64,000 nt of DNA, taken from IMG/VR virus record IMGVR_UViG_3300034122_002202, positions 32,001 to 96,000 of that record. The stretch is one strand, 5' to 3'. The position numbers were made by a program, and so were the translations under genes. Source of the DNA: a virus. Below, in pieces: positions 50,399 through 59,381 of the stretch; position 1 is the first letter of the stretch, and each line of letters opens with the position of its first letter. A model generated the notes under the pieces. That model ran no database searches, was not told the DNA's origin, and saw only the letters and a program-made list of their open reading frames with translations.

Positions 50399-51163
50399 TT
50401 ACTCCAGTTCAAAAAAACATTCCTTCGTACCATTCTTAACTAAGTCTATTGTATGCAAAAGTTTTTTCAAGATCGTTCTCATATAAAATCCAGAACTATT
50501 TCCATCTATGTTTTTTACACGAATCATTTTCATTCCAGCATTTATTATAAATCCAGTTTTTTTATTATCACTAGCCACTTGTTTTTTATGTATATCCTCA
50601 CCCCAAATAGACCTAAAATGACTTGGCCCATCTATTTCTATTGCCAAATTAAGGTCAGAAATAAATATATCTATATGTTGTTTTCTGTCAATAGCCCAAA
50701 ATTCTTTGTGAAAATCTGCTTTAAAACCTTCTTTTTTCAGTCCAGTAATCAAGAACTTTTCTAGTTTAGATCCATATACTGCTGCTGCCCTAACTGATAT
50801 TGCTGCTGCCTTTTGCATTTCTTCTACTTTTTGCACAGACTTAGCTTCCCATTGCTGTCTAGACATTTCAGCCCTTCTTTTTTTTTCATCCTCTCCCATT
50901 TCTTGCCATACATTAGCAATAGAGTCACTTATCTTATTCTTTGTAGCTTCTGATGTTTTCTTGCCTTTTGTGGGGTGTTTACACCTACCAGTTTCTATAG
51001 CTTTTTCTTGTGCTTGAGATTTATCCCTAAGTGGTATGCCAAATTCTACTAAAGCCCTTCTAACTTTATTGGGATATGTACCAAATTCTTCTGCTATTTG
51101 ATATGTAGATTTAACTTGTTGTACATAATGCTCAATTAAGTATTCATGCGTTAACTGGTTCAT
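50399..51163 (-). CDS. Homing-type endonuclease (HTH + NUMOD3-like + Vsr/DUF559-like nuclease)
   Basis: STYQIAEEFG..PNKVRR HTH; GKKTSEATKNKIS; SKLE...IDIFI..LNLAIEIDGPSH...D..K. Start MNQ after AGGAG. Confidence 0.75.
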   Translation of the reverse strand: MNQLTHEYLIEHYVQQVKSTYQIAEEFGTYPNKVRRALVEFGIPLRDKSQAQEKAIETGRCKHPTKGKKTSEATKNKISDSIANVWQEMGEDEKKRRAEMSRQQWEAKSVQKVEEMQKAAAISVRAAAVYGSKLEKFLITGLKKEGFKADFHKEFWAIDRKQHIDIFISDLNLAIEIDGPSHFRSIWGEDIHKKQVASDNKKTGFIINAGMKMIRVKNIDGNSSGFYMRTILKKLLHTIDLVKNGTKECFFELE

Positions 51164-51617
51164 TTTTATCACTCCTAAATATTTCGCTTAATTTAAAGTC
51201 TTCAACCACCAAACATTTTTTATTCCACGCCTCTTCAATAGCTAATGCATGTCTATTACTTCTAGCAACCAATTTAATTTTACTGTTTCCATATATTTGC
51301 TGAATGTCTTCATAATCAAAAGATTGCAATCTCATCCATTCTAAATCCCAAACATAAAAATAAAAGCTTTTTACAGATGGATTTTTTAATATAAGTTTGC
51401 ATGAATCTATATCTGTAGCAACAATGTTCTTGCCTTTATAATTCCAAAAATCATACATCATAAAGATAGAGAATCCATTGTTTGCATTAATAGTGTAGTC
51501 ATTTTGAGAAAATACAACTAAATCATTATCATGTGACTGTTTAGTCAAAAGATATGAAAGCTGACTAAACCTTATTTTATTTACAACAATTGCTATTTCC
51601 ACTGAATAGTTCCTCAT
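51144..51617 (-). CDS. Hypothetical protein, possible glycosyltransferase-like fragment
   Basis: IVATD...FYFYVWDLEW...LVARS pattern similar to GT-B N-domains. Confidence 0.4.
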   Translation of the reverse strand: MRNYSVEIAIVVNKIRFSQLSYLLTKQSHDNDLVVFSQNDYTINANNGFSIFMMYDFWNYKGKNIVATDIDSCKLILKNPSVKSFYFYVWDLEWMRLQSFDYEDIQQIYGNSKIKLVARSNRHALAIEEAWNKKCLVVEDFKLSEIFRSDKNEPVNA

Positions 51618-52317
51618 GGATTATGCCATTTAAATCTAGACTGCTATTTATTTGAACATGGTCTTTCATTATTGACTTTATCGAATCTTGATTTTCTGGT
51701 TTTACGAATAACAACATTAAAGAACCATCCATTTTGCCACCTATTGCACCATTAAGCCTACAATCAGAATAAAGTTTTTCTATGTATGAATTCTTAGATG
51801 CTGGATCAACATCTCTTTTTATTTTCCAGTACGAGTTTATTAATTGACCTAAAAACACCCAATTTTTTTCTTGATATGCACCATAAAAATCCCCAACCAT
51901 CTTTTCAAGATTGTCCATTTTATGAAATGATTTAGCTATAGAATTATCGTATTGAAAAAAATCTTTATTTATTTCATAAAGCATAATATGATCAAAAAAT
52001 TCTTTTTCATAATTAAGCTTTATTGAAAACCAAAGATGATCTGAAATTGTTAAATAGTTCAATCCACCAAATACAGCAGATTGAATTTTAGCAAAGTCAT
52101 CATTAGGGTAAAGATCTTTTATAATTATATTTTTTTCAAAATGATTATTCATATATACATAATTTAATACTTTTAATGTTGCATCACATAGAGCTTGTGT
52201 TTCAATTATTGTATTAAAGTTAACAGATGTCCAAAAATTACATGATGCAAAACTAATTACTTTATTGGTATGATCACCAATTATAGTTATTGGTCTTGGA
52301 ATTCTAAATGCTAACAT
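51577..52317 (-). CDS. GHMP-kinase-like protein (HddA-like, degenerate)
   Basis: PRPITIIG.HT N-terminus; C-terminal LGQLINSYWKIKR...IEKLY....NGAIGGK; canonical PxGxGLGSS absent. Confidence 0.6.
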   Translation of the reverse strand: MLAFRIPRPITIIGDHTNKVISFASCNFWTSVNFNTIIETQALCDATLKVLNYVYMNNHFEKNIIIKDLYPNDDFAKIQSAVFGGLNYLTISDHLWFSIKLNYEKEFFDHIMLYEINKDFFQYDNSIAKSFHKMDNLEKMVGDFYGAYQEKNWVFLGQLINSYWKIKRDVDPASKNSYIEKLYSDCRLNGAIGGKMDGSLMLLFVKPENQDSIKSIMKDHVQINSSLDLNGIIHEELFSGNSNCCK

Positions 52318-53015
52318 AACCACTCCATAATATTGCTTTGATCTATTGTGGATTGATTAAACTCTACATCTATTTGTGGACACGAATCATTTGTTTCTAA
52401 AAAGAAACAATTCAAATTTAAAAACTTAACTTCTTTGTTGTCTTCAGTATCATAAAATGACTTAACTGTATAGTCAGCTATCTTTGCTGGATATTCAAAG
52501 CTATATATTGGAAACTTAAAACACTCTTTCATTAAAAAGCTTGAAAAATTAGAAGATGCATCTGTAAGTCCAGCTTGAACATATAGTGGCATTGAATAAC
52601 AATTCATTGTGTTTACAAAATGATTATTTATTTGGTCTGCAAATTCTTTAAAGCAGTTGTCACCATAAATAATTTGAGGGCTTGCAACTATTTTTTTATT
52701 TGTACAAAATTTATCGCATACTTTATAGGCTAGACTTTTTGATTGTTGATATGTTTTTAAATTGTATGTTTCCATCAAATGTTCTGGTTTAGTTTTAATA
52801 ATAGTCCAAGAGCATCTTACTGAACATGCTTTTAAAACATCAATTATATTATTAGATGTTTCATTGTCCTCTATTGCTATAACTACTTTTAAAGTGGTAT
52901 TGGTAAAATCTCTAGTTATCCACCACAAGCATTTTCTAAGATGATCTGAAGATTTGACAAAACCTAAATTTACACTTAATACTTCTCTAGAATTTTCTTT
53001 AGTTCTAGTAGACAT
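52311..53015 (-). CDS. Hypothetical protein, possible degenerate GT-A
   Basis: HLRKCL..I......VVIAIED pattern; GT cluster context. Confidence 0.35.
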   Translation of the reverse strand: MSTRTKENSREVLSVNLGFVKSSDHLRKCLWWITRDFTNTTLKVVIAIEDNETSNNIIDVLKACSVRCSWTIIKTKPEHLMETYNLKTYQQSKSLAYKVCDKFCTNKKIVASPQIIYGDNCFKEFADQINNHFVNTMNCYSMPLYVQAGLTDASSNFSSFLMKECFKFPIYSFEYPAKIADYTVKSFYDTEDNKEVKFLNLNCFFLETNDSCPQIDVEFNQSTIDQSNIMEWLC

Positions 53016-53842
53016 TTAGTTGACTCCTGTTCCATACCCAATAGATTAAAAAGTTTTGCTACTCTATTATGCGATGTATGATTGTTCCTTACATCTTTAT
53101 TTATTCTTTCTACTTCATCATTTAACGAATCTGGATTTTGAAGCAAGTCAATAATTGCTTTAAAAAAAGATTCTTCGTCTTCATAATTAAAATTATCTGC
53201 ACTTATTAAGTCTTTCGTCTTAGCCGATCTATACAGTATACATGGTTTTCCAGATGCGAACACCTTTAAAGGCCAAATTTCGCCAGAAAATAAATCAGAA
53301 GAAACAGATAAGGAACAAGACATTATAATATCTTTAACTAGATTTTCCTTTGCCTTTCCTAAATACTGTCTATACGGCCACTTCTTATCTCCCCATACCT
53401 TAACAATAAAGCCATTTTCAGATAAGGTGTTTAAAATAACATTGTCATTATCATCTATGTATTCACCAACATAATTAATATCAGAAATTAAGTTTGATTT
53501 TAATTTTCCTTTGAGCAAAGGATAGATATCTACAGATGGGTCAAAATTATTAAAACAATAAACATTATCATGAAAATTTTTATTTTCTAAAAAAGAAGTG
53601 TTCTTATAAAATATAACGACTTTACATTTTGGATAAAGATTTATTGCTTTTTTTGTAGCTCTATCAAATGCTGATTCACATGTAATAAATAAATCTGGTT
53701 TTTTTTCATAAAAAGCATCTAAGATTGATTTTTCTTTTTGCTTAAAAAATAGAAATTCATGTCCACAAGATATAAATGCTTTGCCCCAACCTGAGAATTC
53801 TTCTATGTTTAATTGTTCTCCATGAACACAAAGAATATTCAT
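52976..53842 (-). CDS. CgeB-like glycosyltransferase (GT-B)
   Basis: DINYVG, VWG..WP, KVFASG, V..NHTS.NRV. Confidence 0.7.
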   Translation of the reverse strand: MNILCVHGEQLNIEEFSGWGKAFISCGHEFLFFKQKEKSILDAFYEKKPDLFITCESAFDRATKKAINLYPKCKVVIFYKNTSFLENKNFHDNVYCFNNFDPSVDIYPLLKGKLKSNLISDINYVGEYIDDNDNVILNTLSENGFIVKVWGDKKWPYRQYLGKAKENLVKDIIMSCSLSVSSDLFSGEIWPLKVFASGKPCILYRSAKTKDLISADNFNYEDEESFFKAIIDLLQNPDSLNDEVERINKDVRNNHTSHNRVAKLFNLLGMEQESTKCLLELKKILEKY

Positions 53843-53843
53843 C

Positions 53844-54530
53844 TTAGCCTCTTTTCACTAGTTTCTTTGCTCTATCTATATCTTTGGAAGTATCTATTTC
53901 AACCATTTTCCAGTTGTTGTTCCTGTGAGCTTTGAATATACCAGAATGATCTATTATTTCATTAAAAATTTCAAAACAAAATTTCTTATGTGATCTTTCA
54001 TTATTTGTTATTTTTTTATAAAGAAGTAGCTCATTTCCGGTGAGCATAGCTATATGCCCCCACTTTGGACTTATACCATAGGAAAAATGAACTACATTGT
54101 TATCAACCACATTTACGCCAACTTCCATAGATCTTTGATTTTTTTCATTATCTATAGCAACCCAAGAACTATTTTTAGGTGTTTCTTTAAAGATATCGTC
54201 TGTAAAAACAAGATCGCCATAAATTATTAAAAGTTTTGAATAGTTGTTTCTGCTTAAGGCTAAATTAACAGACATTGATGTGTTGGTAGATTCGTAATTT
54301 TTATTTTCTATGTATGAAATTAAAGAAGGCATTTTTTCTAAAACTTTATCTTTTTGAAAACCTACTATTACAGTTATTTCGTATTTTGGAAAACACGATT
54401 GAATTATACTTATTTGTCTACCTATAACTGTTTGATCTGACGATATACCAATAGCCGACTTAGGACCATATGCCTTCATTCTTTTGCCAAGGCCAGCAGC
54501 TAATATAACAACGCCAAGTTTATGAGCCAT
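53844..54530 (-). CDS. Sugar/choline-phosphate nucleotidyltransferase (NTP_transferase/LicC-like)
   Basis: VILAAGLGKRM...PK, N..YESTN, YGDLVF, EIDT..D. Confidence 0.85.
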   Translation of the reverse strand: MAHKLGVVILAAGLGKRMKAYGPKSAIGISSDQTVIGRQISIIQSCFPKYEITVIVGFQKDKVLEKMPSLISYIENKNYESTNTSMSVNLALSRNNYSKLLIIYGDLVFTDDIFKETPKNSSWVAIDNEKNQRSMEVGVNVVDNNVVHFSYGISPKWGHIAMLTGNELLLYKKITNNERSHKKFCFEIFNEIIDHSGIFKAHRNNNWKMVEIDTSKDIDRAKKLVKRG

Positions 54531-55293
54531 TACTTATTTTGTCTCTTATTCTTGCCCAATTTTTAGTCCATATATTTTTATCTACTGTATTAGAAGAATT
54601 GTATTTTCCTGTTCTCATAATTACATATTTTTCTGGTATGTGATAACAAACGAATTTTTTAGATATTCTTATCCACCAATCATAATCTTCTGCTACACGC
54701 ATTTCTTCATCGAAAAGACCAGAGTCTTCAATTGCATATTTGGCAACCAAACTATGTGGCGGGATTATACACTCTGAAAGCAATCTTTCTGAGCAGAATG
54801 GTTCTTTGTATTGTTGATGCACTCTATTTTTATCCACAGATAAATTTTCATAGTCACAATATACAACGCCAACATAGCCTTGATGTTCAATCATTTTCTT
54901 AACTGTTTTTTTTATTTTTCCAGAAATGTGCATGTCATCTGAATCAATAAATGAAAAAAAGTCTGTTTCATCAAAACAAGACTTTATTCCAATGTTTCTG
55001 GCTGCTGATGGACCTCTAGATGTATTTGCAGCAATTAATTTTATTTGAAAATTATAATCTTTATATGTTCCAATTACTCCATCAATTTTATTTTCTGAAA
55101 ATGGTTTTGGATTAGTTATTAAATTATATACATTTTGTGCTGAATTATCTGTAGATCCATCATCAACAACGACAATGCTTTTACTGTCATACGGATCATT
55201 AGCTACACTGTCTAGACAGCTTTCTATCCAATGACCATAATTGTAATTTGGTACAACTACAGTTACTCTTGGCTGTTTACTATGCATGGACAT
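54520..55293 (-). CDS. Glycosyltransferase family 2
   Basis: VVVPNYN, VVDDGSTD, GPSAARN, FIDSDD, EDYDWW. Confidence 0.92.
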   Translation of the reverse strand: MSMHSKQPRVTVVVPNYNYGHWIESCLDSVANDPYDSKSIVVVDDGSTDNSAQNVYNLITNPKPFSENKIDGVIGTYKDYNFQIKLIAANTSRGPSAARNIGIKSCFDETDFFSFIDSDDMHISGKIKKTVKKMIEHQGYVGVVYCDYENLSVDKNRVHQQYKEPFCSERLLSECIIPPHSLVAKYAIEDSGLFDEEMRVAEDYDWWIRISKKFVCYHIPEKYVIMRTGKYNSSNTVDKNIWTKNWARIRDKISNGS

Positions 55294-56084
55294 ATGTCTT
55301 CACACTTTTTAATCATGGAAGTAAGGTTCTGTGTTGTTGCTACATACTTTATTTTTTCAATAATGCTATTTGCTGGTTTTTCAGAATTGTCATCAACAAC
55401 AGCTTGTTCATTTCCACGCAATGCATTAAATATAAATGACTGAAAGGTAAGTCCGTTATTTTCAGAATCAATCGGCTCTAACAACAAAAATCTTTGCATG
55501 TTGTCATTTAAAGCAATGTCAATTTGTTCTACAAATTTATTTGGCACAATAAAATCAGAAGTAAAAACAGACATGTATATGCAATTTGTTTTTTGCATTG
55601 CTACATTCATAGAAACATCTCCGACATATTCACCATCAACTATATGTCTAATAGACCATTTAAATGTTACTTTTTTATCATTAAGAATCTTCATTATTTT
55701 TGATGGCTGAACTTCTGGATTAGCACAGAAAATTACTTCACTAAATTGTTTGGTCTGGTTACAAATACTATCTATAATTCTAATTAAATTTGCTTGATCC
55801 TCTTTTATCATAACTAAACAGCCGACTCTAACTGAACATCTTTCTCTAGCACTTTCTTTTGCTTCTTCAAATGTTTTTCCTTCTAAAAAAGATGTTGGTC
55901 TGTATGTCATACAAGCATGATTGTTGATTACAAAAAATTCCTTTTCATCATCAAATGATTCATCTACTGCAACACCATTTTCTTTGAGCTTTTTTATTTT
56001 ATCAAAAGAGCAGTCTGTTTGAGTTTTATCAGAATAAATAGCAAAAATACAATCTTTACATGATGTGTGAACAGTTCCTAGCAT
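55263..56084 (-). CDS. Hypothetical protein (N-terminal Cys motif, GT-A-like remainder)
   Basis: TSCKDC...C...C; IDSI.NQT...EVI pattern; start MLGTVH by TAATG coupling and AAGGAG RBS. Confidence 0.45.
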   Translation of the reverse strand: MLGTVHTSCKDCIFAIYSDKTQTDCSFDKIKKLKENGVAVDESFDDEKEFFVINNHACMTYRPTSFLEGKTFEEAKESARERCSVRVGCLVMIKEDQANLIRIIDSICNQTKQFSEVIFCANPEVQPSKIMKILNDKKVTFKWSIRHIVDGEYVGDVSMNVAMQKTNCIYMSVFTSDFIVPNKFVEQIDIALNDNMQRFLLLEPIDSENNGLTFQSFIFNALRGNEQAVVDDNSEKPANSIIEKIKYVATTQNLTSMIKKCEDICPCIVNSQE

Positions 56085-56563
56085 TATTTTCTCCTTGATT
56101 CTATATAGCAATAAAACGAGTCAAGTTTGACATTCTCTATTATCATACCATTTTCTACAAGTATATTTTTTATAAAAGGTATTGTAAATCCAGATTTTTT
56201 AAAGTTCCAACCTTCTTCTTGACCGCCATATATATGTTTTGAAATATCTTCTTCTTTAATAGTTCCAATTGTTATTAATCTACATAATTCAATAATATCT
56301 TCAAAAAAAAGAAACAACCTTCCTTCATGTTTTAATTTTTTGCACCAATGCTTAATAGTGTCTTTTATTTCTAAATGACTTATAAAATTTAAAACTCTTT
56401 TGCAGGAAATAGCATCTAATTCACCATCATCTGCAATTTTACTTAAATCTTGATAATGACAATATAAAACACTTTCAGACGATGTTGGAAATGGGCTTAT
56501 ATATGTAAACTCACTGTCCTCAACATCTTCTTTAAAGAATGGTATTCCTATATTTATTTTCAT
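56084..56563 (-). CDS. Class I SAM-methyltransferase-like protein
   Basis: MKINIG, DAI....VL..I, W..KLK.EG.L, IYGGQ...KSGF; typical of GT clusters. ATGA coupling. Confidence 0.65.
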   Translation of the reverse strand: MKINIGIPFFKEDVEDSEFTYISPFPTSSESVLYCHYQDLSKIADDGELDAISCKRVLNFISHLEIKDTIKHWCKKLKHEGRLFLFFEDIIELCRLITIGTIKEEDISKHIYGGQEEGWNFKKSGFTIPFIKNILVENGMIIENVKLDSFYCYIESRRK

Positions 56564-57555
56564 AATTCCCACCAGTTTTTGGTTACTGCCTTCTGTAAAA
56601 CTTCATTCCATCTGTTTGTAAAAGATTCTAAAGAAAAATTTTGAAGTATTGTCTTTCTTGCTTCTTCACCCATTTTTCTGCATAAAGAAGGATCTTCCAA
56701 ACAATTATTCAAAAAAGATCTAAGTTCATTTTCATCATTTGAAATAAATCCATTTACGCCATTTTTAATTATTTCTGGACACATACCATTTGCAGTAGTA
56801 ATAACACAGCAACCACATGCCATAGCTTCTATTAAAGTGGTTGGCAATGGGCTAAATATTGATGTGTTTAAAAATATACTAGATCTATTATAACTATTAA
56901 CTAAATCATCAATGTCTTTAGCTGGTTCAGAAAGTTCTGGATTGCTACCGATTACAACTACTGGCATATCTTTTGTTATGCTTTGCCATAATGTAAATCC
57001 ACATTCATAATCTCTATTTTTCCAATCGTTAACAACACTTAGAATATTGTTTTCTCTTTTTATTTTCTTATTGTTAAAAACCTTAGTGTCAACCCCATGA
57101 TTGATAACTTCATGTTCTTCTTTAAAATCCCAAGATTTTACAGAATATTCAGAAATAAATATGTTTGTATTACCAAATTTTTTCTTTAATGCAGTTCTTG
57201 TTTTTGTCATGCACACATGTTCTAGGCATATTAATGGTATGTGTAAATGTTTAGATATAGTCAAAGCTATATCAAATTGCATAAATTTTTCATGACTTAA
57301 AATAGCATCGAAAACAAGATAATTTGGAATATCAGATATTTTTTCTATATTATTTAATAACTTGTGATTTTTTGGTACTTCTGCATATTGAGAATTCCAA
57401 GTTTTAATCTTTGGATTGTTTATAACCCAAAAATCAGCATTGATATCAGCCATATTAGACTGATATCTTTCATGCGTTGAAAATGTAAGTATCTTAAGTC
57501 TATCTCCACTTTTTCTAGTGGATGACCTTACTATATTACTTAATGCAGGATGCAT
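56560..57555 (-). CDS. Glycosyltransferase family 4 (GT-B)
   Basis: INHGVDT..F, FLNTS..SP.P..LIEAMACG..VIT, GVNGF. Confidence 0.9.
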   Translation of the reverse strand: MHPALSNIVRSSTRKSGDRLKILTFSTHERYQSNMADINADFWVINNPKIKTWNSQYAEVPKNHKLLNNIEKISDIPNYLVFDAILSHEKFMQFDIALTISKHLHIPLICLEHVCMTKTRTALKKKFGNTNIFISEYSVKSWDFKEEHEVINHGVDTKVFNNKKIKRENNILSVVNDWKNRDYECGFTLWQSITKDMPVVVIGSNPELSEPAKDIDDLVNSYNRSSIFLNTSIFSPLPTTLIEAMACGCCVITTANGMCPEIIKNGVNGFISNDENELRSFLNNCLEDPSLCRKMGEEARKTILQNFSLESFTNRWNEVLQKAVTKNWWEL

Positions 57556-58290
57556 CTATTCCCCTAACTGCTCAACGATATATTTAATAAGCCCATGCCT
57601 TTGTATATCATCGCCAGTAAGGAACACTTTAGCAATATCTTTATGATTAAGTTTTTCTAAAATCCACCCCATAGTGTTTCCTTCGTAATGAGGCAAGTCT
57701 GTTTGTGTATGATCACCACAAACAATAACTTTTGCATTTTGACCAAATCTAGTTAGAAACATTTTTAATTGTCTTCTTGTGGCATTTTGTGCTTCATCTA
57801 AAATAATCATAGAATCATGAAATGTTCTTCCCCTCATTAATTCAAGAGGGCATATTTCTAATATCTGATCATTTCTGATTGCTTTCATTTTTGTTTTTGT
57901 GACAAAATTACCAATTGCTTCAAGCATGGCAACCATAAAAGGCTCAGTCTTTTCCTTAAGATCGCCTGGAAAAGCACCAATCTTTTGTCCGCATTCAATT
58001 AGTGGTCTAGCTATAATAATTTTTTCTATTTTTTTCTGCATCAATAGTCCAGCAGCAACACCACAAGCTATAAATGTTTTCCCTGCACCAGCAGGACCAG
58101 AACATATTGTAAGTGTGTGCTTTTCAATTGCTTCTATATAGATATCTTGATTTTTTGTTTTACCTTTTATTTGATTCGTTTTTTCTTCTTCAACTGATTT
58201 ATCCCTTTCTTCCTTCCAAGAAACCTCTGTAGGTTCTTCTTTATAGTTTGCAATGTCTACCCAAGTTTGTTTTTTCTTTTTTGGAGGCAT
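57556..58290 (-). CDS. phoH: PhoH-like ATPase
   Basis: GPAGAGKT, RP..E, G..PG, MRGRTF, ILDEAQN, GD..QTD, RH. Confidence 0.95.
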   Translation of the reverse strand: MPPKKKKQTWVDIANYKEEPTEVSWKEERDKSVEEEKTNQIKGKTKNQDIYIEAIEKHTLTICSGPAGAGKTFIACGVAAGLLMQKKIEKIIIARPLIECGQKIGAFPGDLKEKTEPFMVAMLEAIGNFVTKTKMKAIRNDQILEICPLELMRGRTFHDSMIILDEAQNATRRQLKMFLTRFGQNAKVIVCGDHTQTDLPHYEGNTMGWILEKLNHKDIAKVFLTGDDIQRHGLIKYIVEQLGE

Positions 58291-59380
58291 GTTTAATCAC
58301 CTTTAAAAAATTTAACCCCACTTTTTCGTGGGAGAATTCGTAGGCACGATCTAAAGCAGAAGTAGCCTTAGACTTTCTAACATCCTCCATTGAATAACAA
58401 TCTCTCATCTTCCTTCTTAAGTCATGAATATCAATTGACCACCAATATTCAGATCCATCGTAGATGCCATCAAAAATCCTTTCTTGACCAAAAACAAATT
58501 CTTTATGGCAATCAACCAACCAACCAACATTGTCATTCAAATAGTCTTTGTAGCCAGAACAATTGGTTACAATAGGTGTCTTTCCAAAACCCATTGCATC
58601 AAATGCTGGTATACTCCAAGCTTCACCATAAGATGCTTGTACAAAAGCATCGCATGAATTGTGTAGTTTGTATATTGCGTTATTTGACAATCTTTCTTTT
58701 ATGCAAAATACTCTAGGGAGTCTTTTTACATTAAGTCCAGATGAAATAGAATTACAATATTTAGTAAAGTCTTCTTTATCATCATGATTTGTTTTTACTA
58801 TTAAACAAACATTTTCATCTCTTGAAAACTCTAAAAAATACGCCTTTAACAACGCTGATAAGTTTTTTCTTCTTTTTTGTTCGCCTATAGTGTAAAAAAT
58901 AAAATCTTTTTTAAAAGTATTGTCCTCTATCTGTTTTAGTTTATCAAATTTTTGAGTGTAAACAGAAAAATCTCTAGCATGAGGAACAACATATATCGGA
59001 ACTTTTACCCCACTATTTCTGCATGATTCAATCATTTGATTATTTATAACAATACAACAATCCATGTTATTTAAATGATTTTGCCATCCAGACATTCTAA
59101 ACGAAGATGTTTCATAAGCAAAAAGTGCTATGTTTAAATTAAAATTTGAATCATATTGCATATGAATTGGAAGAGTATGTTGAATAACAACATCGCAATT
59201 ATCTGCCGACCTTTTTTCTAATTCTTCAACTCTTTTGTGTGGAGTATGATTTAATGTGTTGAACTTTAATGGTCTACAAACAACATTTACGCCAACTGAA
59301 TCTAAAGATAATATATAATCTTCAGCAGCTTGACCGTATCCAGTTCCATCTCTGTAATTTCCTATGTAAAGAACTTTCAT
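58241..59380 (-). CDS. Glycosyltransferase family 4 (GT-B)
   Basis: TGYG, RKN, DAFV..S.GEAW.IP.FDAM..G. Confidence 0.9.
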   Translation of the reverse strand: MKVLYIGNYRDGTGYGQAAEDYILSLDSVGVNVVCRPLKFNTLNHTPHKRVEELEKRSADNCDVVIQHTLPIHMQYDSNFNLNIALFAYETSSFRMSGWQNHLNNMDCCIVINNQMIESCRNSGVKVPIYVVPHARDFSVYTQKFDKLKQIEDNTFKKDFIFYTIGEQKRRKNLSALLKAYFLEFSRDENVCLIVKTNHDDKEDFTKYCNSISSGLNVKRLPRVFCIKERLSNNAIYKLHNSCDAFVQASYGEAWSIPAFDAMGFGKTPIVTNCSGYKDYLNDNVGWLVDCHKEFVFGQERIFDGIYDGSEYWWSIDIHDLRRKMRDCYSMEDVRKSKATSALDRAYEFSHEKVGLNFLKVIKHASKKEKTNLGRHCKL

Positions 59381-59381
59381 T

